Of a stretch of 64,000 nt of DNA, positions 12,445 through 23,637 are shown piece by piece. The notes under the pieces are model-generated. The model ran no database searches. It had not been told where the DNA came from and was given only the letters and a program-made list of their open reading frames with translations. The translations under genes and the position numbers were made by a program. The stretch is from NCBI GenBank assembly GCA_001600815.1, contig BCKZ01000037.1, positions 1 through 64,000 on the forward strand, written 5' to 3'. The stretch is from Alloascoidea hylecoeti. Its lineage: Eukaryota. The stretch's first letter is position 1, and every line of letters starts with the position of its first letter.

Positions 12445-13459
12445 ATTAAAAAATTAAAAAACAGAATAGACTTTGCTTATTATATGAAATAATTAATATC
12501 ATTATTATTTTTATTTGTTTTATGATCAGATTATATGGTTCTTGGTATATTTATTAAAGTGTAGAAAAATAAGTATTTTTTAATTAACGCATTATTTAAT
12601 TTATATGGTAATCATCATTTAATATTAAAGCTATATCATACAGTATTAGTATAACTTTCACGATATCTAAAAAAAGAGTATGATGGCATTATAATTAATA
12701 CCTCAGTTTAAATTTTTTCACTTGCTCTCTATTTATATGTTTCTAGTTCGGGATCCAGATGACTATCCATTTATAAAGATAAGGTTTGCAATTCCAATTG
12801 GGGCTCTTGCTATGATAACATGAATTGGATTTTTCTAATTAACGGAAACTTCGATTCAGCTGGATAAACCACCATATATTCTGTGAGTCATGATATCTTA
12901 TAAATTATGACGTTACATAATTAAAGAAATCGTTGCGTTCTTATCGTAATCCAGCCTCCAGGGCTTTCTAAATGTATGATAGCCTACTAAAATAAGAATA
13001 CTATCATTTCTATTCGCCATCATTTTCAAGTGATATTAATTAATAGATACATTCCAGAGGTCTAATAAATAACGCTTTATGATTTTTTCTAATCTTTGTA
13101 ATAAAATGGTAATATAAAATTAGATAGTGTCAAGAGGGCTGGTTTAGCTACAATTATGTAATGCCAAAAAAATCAAAAATCTAGATCTTCTATTACGTAA
13201 TGATATAATACGCGTATGCAAAAGAGCTTAAATAAAAAACTGTTGTGATTGATAATATCGAATTTTCTGATAGTCCTAATTATAATTTTACATTATCTAG
13301 ATCTGAACTTATATAAAGTCAACGTATTCCGGCTTATTTTTTCAACCCAATCTATTATCTTCTCACTTGAATACTTCAATCTATATCGATATATCTCGTT
13401 TATACTATAAAACGAATTGACATATACTTACAATCTATCCTGCAGCTCTAATCACAGCA

Positions 13460-13789
13460 ATGGTCAACTCATTTGAATCAGAAATTTCTCTTGGCTCTAC
13501 GTTCACAGATATTAAAGAGTCTTTTATCACTGTTACTGTTTACAGAAACAAAGATGAATCAAGACAATTTCCATCTCCTTGCAATCACCCAAGTCAGTTG
13601 AAGAAAAAGCAAGGCAAATATGAAGCAATACAGTTATCATTCCCTGCATCTAAATTTCCTGAAAACTTTCTTACGAATGGAACTCTCAGTAAAGAAAGTG
13701 GTAGACTTATAAATCATACAAATTATGCTTCTCCTACTTGTCATCCATCTCTATTAAAGAATAAACGATTCTTTGTTGTCAAAAGTTAA
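13460..13789 (+). CDS. Small orphan protein (109 aa) with a frameshifted paralog at 55901-56219
   Basis: ATG-started ORF downstream of TATAAA (13311); paralog keeps the ATG, the stop position and motifs QFPSPCNHPSQ and HTNYASPT. Confidence 0.55.
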   Translation: MVNSFESEISLGSTFTDIKESFITVTVYRNKDESRQFPSPCNHPSQLKKKQGKYEAIQLSFPASKFPENFLTNGTLSKESGRLINHTNYASPTCHPSLLKNKRFFVVKS

Positions 13790-13959
13790 AACAAGAATGT
13801 TTTATCATTTAAGTTGGGCATCTGTACATTATAGCATCGGGCAAAAGGGGGAAAAAAGGCCTATATATTAAAGTATTTATTTATATTGGTATACTATGAT
13901 GATTGTCTTATTTCATGTTAGTCTAGTATATCGTTTATTAATTTAATAAAAGTTACTCA

Positions 13960-16338
13960 TTATAAATGTTCATGTTCAAGTTCTAGAGCTTGAGTAGTTA
14001 GTGTTCTATTTTCATTATTATTTTCATTTGTAAGTTCGTTCCCATTTTGGTTATTATTTTCATCATGATTTTCCTTCTCATTTTCATTTCGGTTTTGATT
14101 TTGTTTATTTGCCCATTCTTTACGTTTATTAGTAGCCCAATTAGACCACGATGATAGATAACCCTGAGGCTGCTGGGTGGATACTTGAGTTGATGAGCTA
14201 TCTATAGTATCAGTACTTAAATCTTTACTACTTCTGTTATCAAGCAATGATAATGAAAATCTGGTACTGGACAAAGAGGAGGGGGATTTTAAACTTGATT
14301 TTGTACTACCGGTACTAATTCTTTTACTTGAAGTGGATTCGGCTTTGTTATCATTTTTGTTAAGATTGGATAATACTAATGACACTCTATTAGATCCTGC
14401 ATTCCATGACTTAGTAATAGCTTCCTTCGCCGGTGTAACTTTTTGATCGATATTTTTCATATCTGGTTTTTGAAACATGGTTGCAAAGGGGCTAACAATG
14501 GAAGATGTTAAATCTTCACCGACATGCCTTGGTTCTTCCAAATAAAGCTCCTCAAACGTGAACTCATTAAACAGTCTAAAATTATTAGTCCTCCTCCATT
14601 GTTCCACCCATTTTGAATTATATAGATTTAATGGGTTTCCACTGGCATTTCGTTTTAAATCATCTGGAGGTTTATTGCCATACTTCATCAAAATGTCATT
14701 ATATTTTGAAGATGTCAATAAACACATTAAATATTCTTTAAACTTTTCACGAATGTAATCTTCGCCAGCTATATATCCATTATCCTTGGGGGTAGAAGGA
14801 TCATAAGGATCCCAAGATGTAGTAACCTCTTTACTCAGCGCATCAATCCACTTCTTGTCATTCCATGATAATGATAAAGGCCCATTTAAGCTTGAGTTAA
14901 CAATCTCCACGGTGTTAGTATCAACATTCACTATTACATCGGCAAATTGATCTTTTTGACTTATAAATAGAGAATTTGTTGTTCCAATACAATAATATTT
15001 CATTTTTGGCGATTTTAAATCATCAATTTGTTGAAGTGGAGTATATGGCCCAAACAAACCTCCTTTACCAAATATTTGTAAAGGTAATCCCATATATGTT
15101 AATCTAGAGTTATCATCAAGCCAACTTAAAGATGAAGGAGGTTTCAGTTTATCTTCATACCTTGTTAATAATGGAGAACCACAATCCTCCAAATTCATAA
15201 GAAGCTTAGGAATTAATGATATTAAAGAAAATTGACTTAAACAAAGCTCTTCTGTACTAGCTCCAAAGAATAATATCTTTTTTTCCAATAATAAAGCTTT
15301 AAAAATAATAAGAGTTTTCTGTTGGAAATTATAAATTAATTGCCTTAAAGACATCCGTCCATATAATTCACTTTCTGGAAATCCGTCTTGGAATAAACTT
15401 TTCAAACTATTGTATAAATCATCAATAATTTCTCTATTCTCAAACTCCTTTTGTGAAAAATATGCTTTAGTTACTGCTTCAAGTTTATCTCGAACAAGGA
15501 TTGATCCAAACACAGGTTTTCTTAAAATAATAACAACTGATTTTTGAACAGTTGATCGTGTAATTTCAGCTGATTTTGCAAGTTGATCAGCGCGGATTTG
15601 ACAATTACATGATATTGCAAAAAGCGTAGTTACATTTTCATAATTTTTTGAGGGATCAGTATCATCCTCGGTGTCATTAAGATCCTTTTTTGTCTTGATT
15701 GGTACAGCAGTTGGAGAAACCTTATTAACTTCATCATAAAGTAATGTAAAATAACAGAAATTTTCATTAAACGCATGCGTTCCATCTGGTAAACTTTGAA
15801 ATGGAAGGTAAGGCCATAATTGAGATTTATCATCATCTGGACCAACCCAATATTCTACCTCTGGACCTCTAATATGATGGAACCCAACCACACAAACACC
15901 AAACACTATGTCTTTTGTATCGATTATGTCTTTGTGTATCAAAGGACTTTGGGGTTCTATTGGAAGAAGTTTAACTACTGGTGAGTGTGGTACTTTAATG
16001 TTACTATCAAGTTCAGGGAGCATATCCATTGAAAGAGGTGTCAGTTTATCATTATTGGTTCCTTCCTCTATCACCACATTTGCCTTTTCGGTGTTGCCGG
16101 AATCAGTTTTAGATTCTGGAATGTTGACTTCTTTTTCGCCATTTGAGATCTCAATTTCATCAAAAGAATCATTAGTAGTGATGTTTATGTCCTGACTTTC
16201 TTTGTGTTCTTGGATCTTATTATTCCATGGATTACTCTCTTCCTCTAGATCTACAATGTCAAAACCTGAATCTGAGTCCAGTCTGGTATTCTCGATGACT
16301 CCTAGATCCCGATCGACGGTGTCATCTTTAGTATTCAT
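13960..16338 (-). CDS. AVL9: Avl9, late secretory pathway DENN-like protein
   Basis: VCVVGFHHIRGPEVEY, LPFQSLPDGTH, ITRSTVQKSVV, FKALLLEKKILF, GLPLQIFGKGGLFGPYTPLQQ. Confidence 0.93.
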   Translation of the reverse strand: MNTKDDTVDRDLGVIENTRLDSDSGFDIVDLEEESNPWNNKIQEHKESQDINITTNDSFDEIEISNGEKEVNIPESKTDSGNTEKANVVIEEGTNNDKLTPLSMDMLPELDSNIKVPHSPVVKLLPIEPQSPLIHKDIIDTKDIVFGVCVVGFHHIRGPEVEYWVGPDDDKSQLWPYLPFQSLPDGTHAFNENFCYFTLLYDEVNKVSPTAVPIKTKKDLNDTEDDTDPSKNYENVTTLFAISCNCQIRADQLAKSAEITRSTVQKSVVIILRKPVFGSILVRDKLEAVTKAYFSQKEFENREIIDDLYNSLKSLFQDGFPESELYGRMSLRQLIYNFQQKTLIIFKALLLEKKILFFGASTEELCLSQFSLISLIPKLLMNLEDCGSPLLTRYEDKLKPPSSLSWLDDNSRLTYMGLPLQIFGKGGLFGPYTPLQQIDDLKSPKMKYYCIGTTNSLFISQKDQFADVIVNVDTNTVEIVNSSLNGPLSLSWNDKKWIDALSKEVTTSWDPYDPSTPKDNGYIAGEDYIREKFKEYLMCLLTSSKYNDILMKYGNKPPDDLKRNASGNPLNLYNSKWVEQWRRTNNFRLFNEFTFEELYLEEPRHVGEDLTSSIVSPFATMFQKPDMKNIDQKVTPAKEAITKSWNAGSNRVSLVLSNLNKNDNKAESTSSKRISTGSTKSSLKSPSSLSSTRFSLSLLDNRSSKDLSTDTIDSSSTQVSTQQPQGYLSSWSNWATNKRKEWANKQNQNRNENEKENHDENNNQNGNELTNENNNENRTLTTQALELEHEHL

Positions 16339-16410
16339 AGCAAAATATAAGTTTTCTATGGTCGATAGTGTGATTCTTAATTATCCTTCTAGTTTTTGAT
16401 ATTGATAATG

Positions 16411-16431
16411 CCGGGTAAAATACATCACGTG
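16411..16431. promoter_or_regulatory. Reb1-like site (CCGGGTAA) and Cbf1-like E-box (TCACGTG) upstream of AVL9
   Basis: ccgggtaa at 16411-16418 and cacgtg at 16426-16431, ~70-90 bp upstream of the ATG. Confidence 0.5.
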
Positions 16432-16524
16432 TGTAACTGTCAGATTAAGGTAGGATGTATATTAGTATATTAACTTTAATTATTGGGTCTATAATCTATT
16501 TACAATAATATTTAGCCTCATTAT

Positions 16525-18687
16525 TTATGCCTCTGTATCTATTTTAATGTGATACTCAGATAATTGTTGATTGGTAACTTGACTAGGGCTTCGAACAACT
16601 GGATCTACACCTGTCATCGTCTTAGGGAACGCAATCACATCTCTAATTGAAGGAGTGCCTACCATCATTGCAACAAATCTATCAAATCCAATCGCAAGTC
16701 CTGCATGTGGAGGACATCCTGTTCCAAATGCTTCCAATAAGTGATCAAATTTTTTATGTGGATCCTCAATACCTAAGATCTTTTTGAAAATGTAAAGTTG
16801 AAGATTAACATCATGAACCCTTGTACTACCACCCCCAACTTCAACACCATTAATTACTAAATCATAATGCTGCCCACGGGCTTTTAAAACAGTATCAGTA
16901 GATTCTAAGAAATCATAATCATCTGCATGAACCATTGTAAAAGGATGATGTGTTGAAACAAAAGATTTATAATCAAATTTTGGATATAAATGACTTGCTT
17001 TATGTTTTATTTCAACTGGATTAAAAAGTGGGAAATCAACAACCCATGAACCAACAAATGTTTTATCATCAATTTTTTGTTCTTGACCATTAGAATCTAT
17101 TATAGTTCTTTCATAAAATCCTTTAAATTCATCAATTGAAAGTTGTCTGAATCTACCTAATGGTGTTGGATTTTCATATGGAACACTTTGTCTTGTTGAA
17201 CCAGCAACAATATCTCCAGGCTCAATATTTAAACTCTCATACATTTCTTTTATTAGACTATCATCTTTCGTAAATTCAGCAATTGATTCAAAAGATTTAT
17301 GCCAATTATTTGCATCCTGTTCATTGTTAATAGCCATGATAATTGGATTTCTTGTTTTATATTCCCTTGAAGAAGTTAAACTTTCAGGAATTGATTTATT
17401 AGTATCACCTTTTAGATTTAATGCATTTTTTAAAATACAAATTTCAAAAATAGGATAATCTGGTTCTCCAATTGCTTTTGAATATTTTGTGAGTTCATTG
17501 AAAATAATAGTTGACCTTAAGTCGGGCTTATCAATACCAAATTTAGACAATGCATCCATATATTTCAACTTCGGTAGTATCCCTACACCATTTTCATTTT
17601 TCACTGAATTAATATCAATTAGTGTATTATTGTCAGATGGTATATAAAAAGGTTTATTGATACTTTTATTAATAACATTATTAACAACTTTTTCAACAGT
17701 TTCTCTAACATCAGCACCGTTTGAAAAAGACATTTCTAAATCAACTTGTGTAAATTCAGGTTGTCTATCTTTTCTTAAATCTTCATCTCTAAAACATTTT
17801 GCAATTTGATAATATTTTGGTATACCACTTGCCATTAATAATTGTTTATATTGTTGTGGACTTTGTGGTAATGCATACATTAAACCTTTAGATTTTGTTG
17901 GTACTAAGAATTCATTTGCTCCTTCAGGTGTTGATTTAAATAATAAGGGAGTTTCAATTTCTGTAAATCCTAAATTTTCTAAATTTTTTCTAAATTGTTT
18001 TGCAATAAATGATCTTAATTTTAATGCATCTTGATAATATTTATTTCTTAATTCAAGATAACGATATTTTGCTGGAATCACTTTAACATGAGCTTTTGGA
18101 GATTTAAGTTTAGTAATTATTGAATCTGTTTCATTTAAAATATTAGTTGTTTTAACAGAAATATCCCATTTTATTTCATTACTTTCATCTTGATTTTCAT
18201 TTTTAACATTTTTAGGAGGGAGCCTCTTTTCAATATGACCAGTAATAACAACAGGATTCTCAATTTGACCACCTTTTAATAATAACGGTTCATTTTGATC
18301 TAACAATTGACACAGATCACCATTTTGATCCCTTAATATTGCGAAGCATAAACTTTTTGAAACTGCTTTTGGTTTTCTGTGTAACCAACCATATACAGTT
18401 ATTTCCTCTTTCGAACTTAATAAACTAGACAATTTATTCTCAATGTCTTTGATTGTATGTGTCGATGAAGGGAATTGAACTTGATAATGACAATTAGATT
18501 TTAATTTCTATAAATATGTATTTAAACACTTACATTTAGACACTGTTACTGATTTTGGTGGCAAGGTTATAACCTCCGTCGCGATTGGCTTCAATTGTTG
18601 AAATCTACGGCATGAAGTCGAAAATTGATGTTGACATTGTCTTGATATAATCCGAGGAATCAGATTAACTGAAGCCCTTCGAAGCAT
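16525..18687 (-). CDS. MSD1: Mitochondrial aspartyl-tRNA synthetase; exons 18687-18534 and 18479-16525
   Basis: EIETPLLFKSTPEGANEF, YALPQSPQQYKQLLM, CFRDEDLRKDRQPEFTQ, PPHAGLAIGFDR; presequence MLRRASVNLIPRIISRQ; 54-nt intron 18480-18533 (GTAAGT...CTAAT...AAG) removes an in-frame TAG. Confidence 0.93.
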
Positions 18688-18771
18688 TGGTGATAGTGGA
18701 TTACAATATGTAACATGATAACTGCTGAAATTTTTTGGTATAATGCACGGTTCTAACAAGGAGAACGTCAC

Positions 18772-19032
18772 ATGATAGATTTGGCACTTAATTTCGTCCA
18801 TGCTGGCTATTAATTATCAGCGGGGGTGACACCCATATATGTTTTTTTAAATTAATGGGTCATAGTCGATTGTCATACTGATAATGCGACTGAACATGAG
18901 GTATGGGGAACGCCGATAGTTGTTAATCAGAATGGCTGAAATTAAGTTAGATGACAGTGGGAACAATTGAGATGTTATTACGGTTCTCATGTATGTCAAT
19001 TAATCTGTTCATGAATTTAAGTCTAATATCAT
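18772..19032 (+). ncRNA. Candidate structured RNA of unknown family
   Basis: Nested complementary segments: closing stem 18772-18797/19011-19032, hairpins 18813-18885 and 18891-19011; G-U wobbles favour the + strand; no family motif recognised. Confidence 0.3.
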
Positions 19033-19191
19033 AATCTTATAATATAAGATTAGTACTTGAGATAGATGTAAATAAAGTGTTTTTGCAATAAAAGCAAATA
19101 TAAAGGCATATTAAATAGGAATACAGTAAATATATTTGTACTATACAACACCACAAACATAAATGAATGTAGAAGAATGTTGATATCAATA

Positions 19192-22100
19192 TCAAGGTAA
19201 TTCTGCATCTGAATCATCTGCCATCTCAAGATCTGGAACATCTTCTTCATCATCAATGACATTTTTTGTAACATTACCATCCTCATTTTCTTTATTTTCA
19301 TCCTTATCTTTATCATTATCTTTGGAAATAGATTCCAAATTCGATTTCTCCGTGGGCACTGTATCCAATTGGGTTGCTTTGGCTCTTTTACCTCTCTTTA
19401 TCGGTACGTTAGACGTCGTTTTCTTTGTATTCTGTAATATACCATTAAACAATGGGCCCATATTGGAAGCATTTAGTCGTAATCTTGCACTATATTTTTC
19501 ATCCAATAATGATGCACTCTCCAGTAATTTTAATTTACTTAAGTAATGGCATAATTGTAATTCAAGATTACTTAATTCTAATTCATCACCAACAGGTGCT
19601 CCATTTCCATTAGCTTCTTGGGTATCATCAAAGACTTCCTCTTCATCATCTCGATTCACAAGAATACTTAATGATTTAGCGTATTGTGCTTCTTTTAATA
19701 AAAAGTTTCTAAAGATAGAATATTGAACATTTTTATCAATCTTATCAAACCATGTAGATTTTATATTTTCAATTTCTTTATGAACACTTTCTGGTGCATC
19801 TAATTTTGTTAAATAAACATTAGCAGCAATTAATAAATCTGTAAATACCAAGGAAGATTCAGTCATTAATGAATTGATTTGATTATTATTTGTTGAATTA
19901 ATTGTTAAAATACTTGAAACGGTTCTTAAAACTTCAGAAACTTCTCCTAAGGAATCAACTATCTCTAATTCAGTTTTGGGGATTTCTGATTCTGATAATA
20001 AACCTTCTAATTGCCATGTTGAAAATGATAATAAAAGACGTAATAATGAACTTGTCACTTTAATATCAGCTTCCAACTCTTCTGAGAATTCCTCATTATA
20101 AGAACTAGTTGAATCTAAACTATTAAAACGGTTAACAATTGAACCGAGTAGTTCAAATATTAAATCAATGGGTTTTGAATGATCATCTCCATTTTTCATT
20201 CCTTCATTTTCCTCATTTTCAGCATCAGATTTCTTAGAACGGGTCGTTTTTAAAATGTTGCTGATATTATAAGCCTTCCCAATGGCTATCAACTTGTCCG
20301 TGACAGAAGCTATGCTTTGTTTTGAACCAATAGACACTTCTGTATCATTATCTTCACTCCCAATTATCTCCCGTAATGATAGTGATAACATTGAAACTAA
20401 ACTATTCAAATGGATTCCAATTTCTGTTATAATCACATTCTGAAAAATGGGACTATCAATTGTTTTGATGAATAACCGTGTATATAATGCCCCATTATCA
20501 TTCAGAGGTTTCAGTGTAAACGTTTTCAGAATCTCTTTAAATAAATCAATATATGTAGCTTCTTTACGTAGCAATTGAACCGTAGGTAAATCTATCAAGT
20601 TTATCAACCTTAAAGTAGGCCCTATTGCAGCTTCGATGTTAATGAATTTACTTAAGACTTCTGGATAATATTCAATCAATAAATTAGAAGAATCTTCTTC
20701 ATCTTCTTCATCATTTTTTCCATTTCCATTAGTTTCAAGAAGAGCCTCTGAATGACCACGTTTTCGTTTATTTTTTGATGATTCATTAAGGGCTTTGTTC
20801 GTAATATTTGCATTTATAAGACCATATAAAATATCCAATAACATCACTTCATCACTTTCATCTAATGTGAATAAAGAAATTATTTCTTTGGCACTAGCTG
20901 ATACTCTTCCCCGTTTATCAGTTGAGAAGTCAAATAATATATATTTCAATAATTCTTCAGCTTTAAAATCAGTTGATGATGACGATGTCGATGAAAGCAT
21001 TGAAATTGATTCAAAAACTGATTGACTTGCAATTGATATTCTTGATTCTTTATGATTTAACAATCGGAAATAATTGTTCATATATGAGGCATTAGGAGTT
21101 TCCTTAAATTGACTTAATTCATTAGCGTTGTATAAGATATGAGCCAATTTCTTATAGAATAACATATTTGGGGATAAACCTTTTAGATGTTTAGATAGTA
21201 GGTCACCGATATCCTGCTTTTTGGTTGAAATTTTGTTTAATTCATCTTTAATCTGTTCTTGAATATAATTAAATATAAATTTTGAAGCTTGATGTCTGAT
21301 TTTCTCATCATAATCAAATACCGCTTCGAATATTTGGTTTATTCCTTTTTCAGCCTCTTCAGCACCTTCTTCTTCATCTTCGTCATCCAAAAATCCAAGC
21401 TCTCTGATAACATTTAAGAGCTCAAGGGTAACAATTCTTACATTATGATCAGCATCGTAAAGGGCCATTTCAATCATTCGATTTTTAAACCTCTCAGTGA
21501 ATTGGCGGAATCCTGCAACCATATCTTTTTTCCTATAAAGTTTAATTAGAGCTCTAATTACCTCTAATCTTGTTTGTGGATTAATATCAGACAAAACCCA
21601 TCCAAAATATCTTAAATATTGGCCTTGAAAATAAAACTCTGGATAAATATCAGTCCATTTTCCAAGTTCTTTAATACATTCACTTCGTATCTTAGGATCA
21701 ACATCTCTATATCTATGAACAAAAATTGTATCAAAAACATCTTTCATAATTCCTTCTAATCTATCTTGTTCTTCATAAAATTTCTTTAAATTATTTCCTA
21801 TCTTTTTAATTCGTGTTTTTGCAGGTTTTGCTCTACTTTTCTCAGATTCTAATTGTTTTTCTGCTTTTGTAATAGTTTTGATTTTCGTAGTAATGATATC
21901 ACATAAGACAGTAAGAACATTTAATAAGATAATAGTCGCGACATATCTAAAAGGTCTTAATTGTGATGATGAAAATGAACTAATCCAAGTAATAAAAGTA
22001 TCAATAAATACTGAATCTGAATCAAATAATAATCCATTATTATTACTAGCATCAATAATCTCAGTAAAAAATTCCAATAAATTGTTTTTAAAATGCCTGA

Positions 22101-22811
22101 ATTTAGGGGCTTTTGAAGTTAAAGGATAAACATATACAGCTGTATGTGTGAAAACATCTTGAATTTCTGTAATTGTATCCAAAGCCATATCCAAATGTTC
22201 AACATCGTGTTGTTGAACAATAGCAGGGGCACCACATGATTTTAATATCAGGTTAACTAATTCCTTTATTGCTAAAGGGGCATTCTCGGTGTAAGATTCC
22301 AACCAGGATGTTGCTAGATCAGATAAGGCAGTTTCGGAACTTAAGATAGCATCAAATAATGTGTTTGGTTGTTCATCTACTGCGGGCTGAGAAGAGGCTC
22401 TGGTACGACGTCCTGTTTTCCGTTTCTTTGTCACACGACCTTCATCTTCGGAGGCTGAGCCTTCCTGATCTTCATCTGAATCCACATCTTCATCTGAATC
22501 CGGGACTAGATTGAGAAAAATAATGTTAGCAATTGAAAAATATGAAAATACACGACAAATGATATTTACATACCATCATAATGAAGAGAAGGATTTCGAT
22601 GTCGTAATTGTCGTTCACTGTCTGGCACATCCCTTGGTTTACGAGCCCTTTTTTTCTTCTTACCACCGAGGACCTCGTTATCATTTGATTGGGAAGAAAT
22701 AGGAGATATATCTTTCGAGATAGTACGCGTCCGAGTCCGGATCTCAGGGGTAGAAGAAACATCGATAGAATCTTTCTGTAAAACAGAGCTTACGCGTTTC
22801 TCTGTCTCCAT
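19192..22811 (-). CDS. IRR1: Cohesin subunit Scc3/Irr1 (STAG); exons 22811-22574 and 22505-19192
   Basis: SSSQLRPFRYVAT, VFDTIFVHRYRDVDPKIRSECIKELGKW...YLRYFGWVLSD; 68-nt intron 22506-22573 (GTATGT...GCTAAC...TAG) joins the exons in frame. Confidence 0.93.
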
Positions 22812-22927
22812 TTTCCACTTAATTCGGCAAATTGTAAGATATTAAAAATTCTGAATAGATCAAAAAGTATTAAAAAGCTAAAATTAATTCAGGAGGTGTG
22901 AATGGGACGCGTCGGAAAATTACCCGG
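22725..22927. promoter_or_regulatory. MCB (ACGCGT) cluster and Reb1-like site around the SCC3/IRR1 start
   Basis: ACGCGT at 22725, 22792 and 22907; TTACCCGG at 22920; cohesin genes are typical MBF targets. Confidence 0.55.
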
Positions 22928-23049
22928 AGTCACTACAGAACTACATTTATTTTATAGACATCATCATTTATTATACTATTCATGATCGTTTACCTTCTCC
23001 AGATGGAACCCTATATTATATGAAACAAATTTCATTCTTAATTCATCTT

Positions 23050-23238
23050 TTATCTTTGATCCCTCTTGGTGATTCCAATTCTATCTTGTTTGGTCTGAAT
23101 ACTATCTGAACCTGTTATCGATGTTCCTTGACCAGAGACCGTGTTCGCCGATTGTGTCTCCGCTTCTTGCTTAGCATCATCATAGGCAAGAACATCTTCT
23201 TGTGTGACCCTAATTGCAGTTGGAGGTCTTCTTAACAT
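23050..23238 (-). CDS. CDC26: Anaphase-promoting complex subunit Cdc26
   Basis: 62 aa from ATG 23238, MLRRPPTAIRVTQEDVLAYD, fits the Cdc26/Hcn1 N-terminal MLRRxPTxI motif. Confidence 0.8.
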   Translation of the reverse strand: MLRRPPTAIRVTQEDVLAYDDAKQEAETQSANTVSGQGTSITGSDSIQTKQDRIGITKRDQR

Positions 23239-23637
23239 ACTTGTAATGAATTTAATTGAATCAGTGTTAGAAACAAAAGAAACCAAATTTATTGAAAGGT
23301 CACCATCCGTGATATTAATTACTCGGTAGGAAAATTACGCTTGTGAGGAATTTACTCCAATTAGGCACTCCATCCTGGTGACCCTTGGCTAGAATATTCA
23401 CGTCTTTTCCGAGTTAATGTTGATACATATAATAAGCTCGGCGATCACACTTTTGAGTATCTTAATATTGCAGTTTCGTATAAGGAATTTCGAATTTCGG
23501 TATCTATGGCTATATTCATTTAAGTATTAATTACATTTATGATAAATATTCACAATTTTTCATACTGCTCAAATTCTCATAAGTATAAAAAAAATTATTT
23601 GTTCAAGATTATAAAAACAAAAATATAATGCTATTAA

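Noticed and set aside
18727..18800. Sm-site-like AATTTTTTGG and U4-like ATGCACGG
   Set aside because: The remaining snRNA motifs and their order are absent
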